57,950 nt of DNA from the IMG/VR virus record IMGVR_UViG_3300029787_000042, positions 1-57,950 of that record; one strand, 5' to 3'. Each line of letters begins with the position of its first letter. Positions within the stretch are counted from its first letter, which is position 1. The DNA comes from a virus. Taxonomy: Duplodnaviria > Caudoviricetes. A program made the translations under genes and the position numbers. Below are positions 55,326 through 57,950 of this stretch, piece after piece. Below the pieces are notes generated by a model. It was not told where the DNA came from and did not search any database. It saw only the letters and a list, made by a program, of their open reading frames with translations.

Positions 55326-57950
55326 ATGGCAACTGGATTCACTACAATATTAAAACTAGCCTTACCTGTACAGGGCGAACTTAGCGGAACATGGGGCACA
55401 GTAGTAAACGACAACATTACTCAGATGGTTGAAGAGTCTATCGCTGGCCTAGCTACTATTAATAGTTGGTCAACTAACGCTCACACATTAACTACCGCTA
55501 ACGGCACTACTTCTGAATCGCGTTGCGCAATGCTGTCTTTAACTGACACAGGAAGCTCATTAAGCGGAGCAGCTTCTGTAGTATGCCCCGCAGCTACTAA
55601 AACTTACATTGTAAAAAATTCTTGTGGTCAAGCAGCAACGTTAAAAACAGCAAGTGGAACTGGTATCGCCGTACCTAACGGTAAAACTATGTTGTTATTT
55701 TGTGATGGAACTAACGTAGTTGAGGCTGTAGATCATGTAGTTACTATGTCTGCGGGTACTCTTACCATAACTGGACTTACTACATTTGCTTCTTTAAAAG
55801 GAGCCGATTCGACTACAGTAACAGGTATACTCGACGAAGATAATATGGCAAGCAACAGTAATGTTAAACTTGCTACTCAACAATCAATTAAGGCTTATGT
55901 AGACTCACAGGTTGCTACTTCAGATACTTTACCTGAAGTCCTTGCTAATGGTAATACTACTGGTGGGACAGATGTAGCGGTTTCTACAGATGACAAAGTA
56001 CAGTTTCGTGACTCAGCTATCTATATAAACTCTAGCACTGATGGACAACTAGATATTGTTGCAGATACAGAAATTCAAATAGCCGCTACAACCATTGATA
56101 TTAATGGCGCAATTAACGCTAGTGGTGAAATTATTGCAGCTAGTTTAGATATTAGTGGGGATATAGATGTTGATGGTACTACTAATCTTGATGTTGTAGA
56201 CATTGATGGTGCTGTGGATATGGCTTCTACGCTAACTTTAGCGGGGAATGCAGACTTTAATGGTGATTTAGATGTTGACGGCACTACAAATCTTGATGTT
56301 GTAGATATAGATGGCGCTGTTGACATGGCTTCTACACTTACTGTTGCAAGTAATATTGTAGTAGGCGGCACAGTAGATGGTCGTGATGTAGCTACTGATG
56401 GTACTAAGCTTGATGGTATTGAAGCAAGTGCAGATGTAACGGACACAGCTAATGTCACCGCCGCAGGTGCACTAATGGATAGTGAGTTGACTTCTATCGG
56501 GTCTGTTAAGGCTTTAAACCAAGGTGTTGCTACAGGTGATAGTCCAACTTTCGTGGCTCTAACTTTATCAGGCAATGCAGACTTTAATGGTGATTTAGAT
56601 GTTGACGGAACAATAGAGTTTGATGCTCTATCTGGTACAGGATCTGTTGCGGTTACAGATATTGCTGATGAAGATAACATGTCTTCTAACAGCGCAACTA
56701 AACTTGCTACTCAGCAGTCTATTAAAGCTTATGTAGACTCACAGGTTGGAACGGTTGATACCCTAGCTGAGGTTTTGGCTAATGGTAATACTACAGGTGG
56801 TTCAAACATAGTGTTTGGAGATAGTTCAGGTGCTACTGATGATAGATTACAGTTTGGTGATTCGCAAGATTTATCTATCTTTCATAATGGAAGTACTAGC
56901 TTTATTTCTGAGCAAGGCACTGGGGATTTATACATTGGTGCAAGTAACAACATAGCATTAATGAATGCCGCCTTTAGTGAAAATAAATTGTTAGCAACAA
57001 CTGATGGCGCTTTAAAGCTTTATTTTAACGGGACAGAAAAACTCGCAACAACATCTAGCGGTATTTCGGTCACGGGCGAGGTAGCGGCAACATCCCTAGA
57101 CATTTCAGGCGATATAGACGTAGACGGCACTACAAATCTTGATGTCGTGGACATTGATGGTGCTGTGGATATGGCAAGCACTCTAGCGGTTGGTGGCGTG
57201 GTAACAGTAAGTGACGGTTCAACCTCCGCACCTTCTATTACAAATGCAGGTGATACTAATACAGGTATGTATTTTGATGGAGCAGATAGCGTTGCATTTA
57301 CTGCGGGTGGAACGACTAGAGGTGCTTTTAACAGTGGCGGCCTTCAGGTAGTGGGTGCTTTATCTGCCACTGGAGTCCTCACAGCCAACGCAGGTGTAGT
57401 GGTTGATAATATTACAATAGATGGCACTGAAATAGATTTAAGTTCTGGTGACTTAACACTAGACGTTGCAGGAGACATTATCCTCGATGCTGATGGCGCA
57501 GATATTAAATTATTAAATGGTGGGACACATTGGGGTTCTATATATACTAATGCAACACCTGCTAATTTATACATACAAAGTATGATATCTGATGGCGATA
57601 TTTATTTATCAGGTAGTGATGGGGGTTCAAATATAAATGCCCTTGTTCTAGACATGAGTGCCGCAGGAGCCGCTACGTTTAATGATTTAGTTAATATTGG
57701 TGGTAGCAGTTTAAATTTTACTAAGACTGACGGGGTTGGAATTACTGCGAAAGAAAGTTTTTCTATTACGATTGATTCTGACAACAACGATTCATCAAGA
57801 GCTTTTTCTGTTTTAGATGGAGATGGCACAACACTAATGCAAGTTATTGATACAGGTGCGGCTACATTCGCAGGAGCAGTCACAGCCAACGCAGGTGTAG
57901 TAGTAGACAACATTACAATAGATGGCACTGAAATAGATTTATCTTCTGGT
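55326..57950 (+). CDS. Tail fibre protein, 3'-truncated (875 codons in window; not in ORF track)
   Basis: GAGG RBS; MATGFTTILKLALPVQGELSGTWG N-terminus; in frame at the window end; G/T/D-rich modular repeats. Confidence 0.8.
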   Translation, partial: MATGFTTILKLALPVQGELSGTWGTVVNDNITQMVEESIAGLATINSWSTNAHTLTTANGTTSESRCAMLSLTDTGSSLSGAASVVCPAATKTYIVKNSCGQAATLKTASGTGIAVPNGKTMLLFCDGTNVVEAVDHVVTMSAGTLTITGLTTFASLKGADSTTVTGILDEDNMASNSNVKLATQQSIKAYVDSQVATSDTLPEVLANGNTTGGTDVAVSTDDKVQFRDSAIYINSSTDGQLDIVADTEIQIAATTIDINGAINASGEIIAASLDISGDIDVDGTTNLDVVDIDGAVDMASTLTLAGNADFNGDLDVDGTTNLDVVDIDGAVDMASTLTVASNIVVGGTVDGRDVATDGTKLDGIEASADVTDTANVTAAGALMDSELTSIGSVKALNQGVATGDSPTFVALTLSGNADFNGDLDVDGTIEFDALSGTGSVAVTDIADEDNMSSNSATKLATQQSIKAYVDSQVGTVDTLAEVLANGNTTGGSNIVFGDSSGATDDRLQFGDSQDLSIFHNGSTSFISEQGTGDLYIGASNNIALMNAAFSENKLLATTDGALKLYFNGTEKLATTSSGISVTGEVAATSLDISGDIDVDGTTNLDVVDIDGAVDMASTLAVGGVVTVSDGSTSAPSITNAGDTNTGMYFDGADSVAFTAGGTTRGAFNSGGLQVVGALSATGVLTANAGVVVDNITIDGTEIDLSSGDLTLDVAGDIILDADGADIKLLNGGTHWGSIYTNATPANLYIQSMISDGDIYLSGSDGGSNINALVLDMSAAGAATFNDLVNIGGSSLNFTKTDGVGITAKESFSITIDSDNNDSSRAFSVLDGDGTTLMQVIDTGAATFAGAVTANAGVVVDNITIDGTEIDLSSG
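55833..57950 (+). repeat. Modular repeats inside the tail fibre
   Basis: DEDNM.SNS..KLATQQSIKAYVDSQV x2; GD(I/L)DVDGTTNLDVVDIDGAVDMASTL x3; TANAGVVVDNITIDGTEIDLSSG x2 (57378 and 57879). Confidence 0.9.

Larger units (their letters stand above)
1..57950. mobile_element. Tailed dsDNA bacteriophage genome, near complete, podovirus-like
   Basis: TerL, portal, major capsid, adaptors, nozzle, ejection proteins, holin/endolysin and PolA/primase/helicase in two divergent arms; no host housekeeping genes; no tail tube or sheath recognised. Confidence 0.97.

Noticed and set aside
1-57950. Complete circular genome or terminal repeats
   Set aside because: Start and end do not overlap; both terminal genes are truncated
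1-57950. tRNA or rRNA genes, reverse transcriptase/DGR, phage RNA polymerase
   Set aside because: No cloverleaf, RT catalytic motif or RNAP motif recognised by eye; tRNAscan and HMM searches would be needed to exclude divergent cases

Overview
Near-complete genome of a tailed dsDNA bacteriophage with podovirus-like architecture, probably marine and probably infecting a proteobacterium (both inferred). The window opens inside a small tail-fibre-associated gene and ends inside a repetitive tail-fibre gene; the ends do not overlap. There are two arms. The plus-strand late arm (41669-57950, continuing 1-22481) carries terminase, portal, GroES, scaffold, major capsid, a cluster of small basic proteins, adaptors, tail fibre, a lysis cassette, tail nozzle and four internal/ejection proteins including 2421-aa and 2111-aa giants. 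The minus-strand early/replication arm (41333 to 22550) carries a MoxR-like AAA+/VWA-metallopeptidase module, resolvase, Leu762-type family A DNA polymerase, Cas4-like nuclease, SNF2 helicase, SSB-like proteins and a primase-helicase. I saw no integrase, tRNA or CRISPR array. Most notable: (1) a shared (Y/F/M/L)-x-x-G-G motif in eight late proteins, next to a tape-measure-like GEFV domain, suggesting a capsid-cargo addressing or processing system; (2) a highly ordered control region at 40050-40680 with a consensus promoter, nine TGTWACA repeats, two inverted IHF-consensus sites and nested inverted GTTATAAC-N2-GTTATAAC sites; (3) three pseudoknotted intergenic RNA candidates, each ending at a ribosome-binding site. 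All family calls are by motif recognition only; no searches were run.
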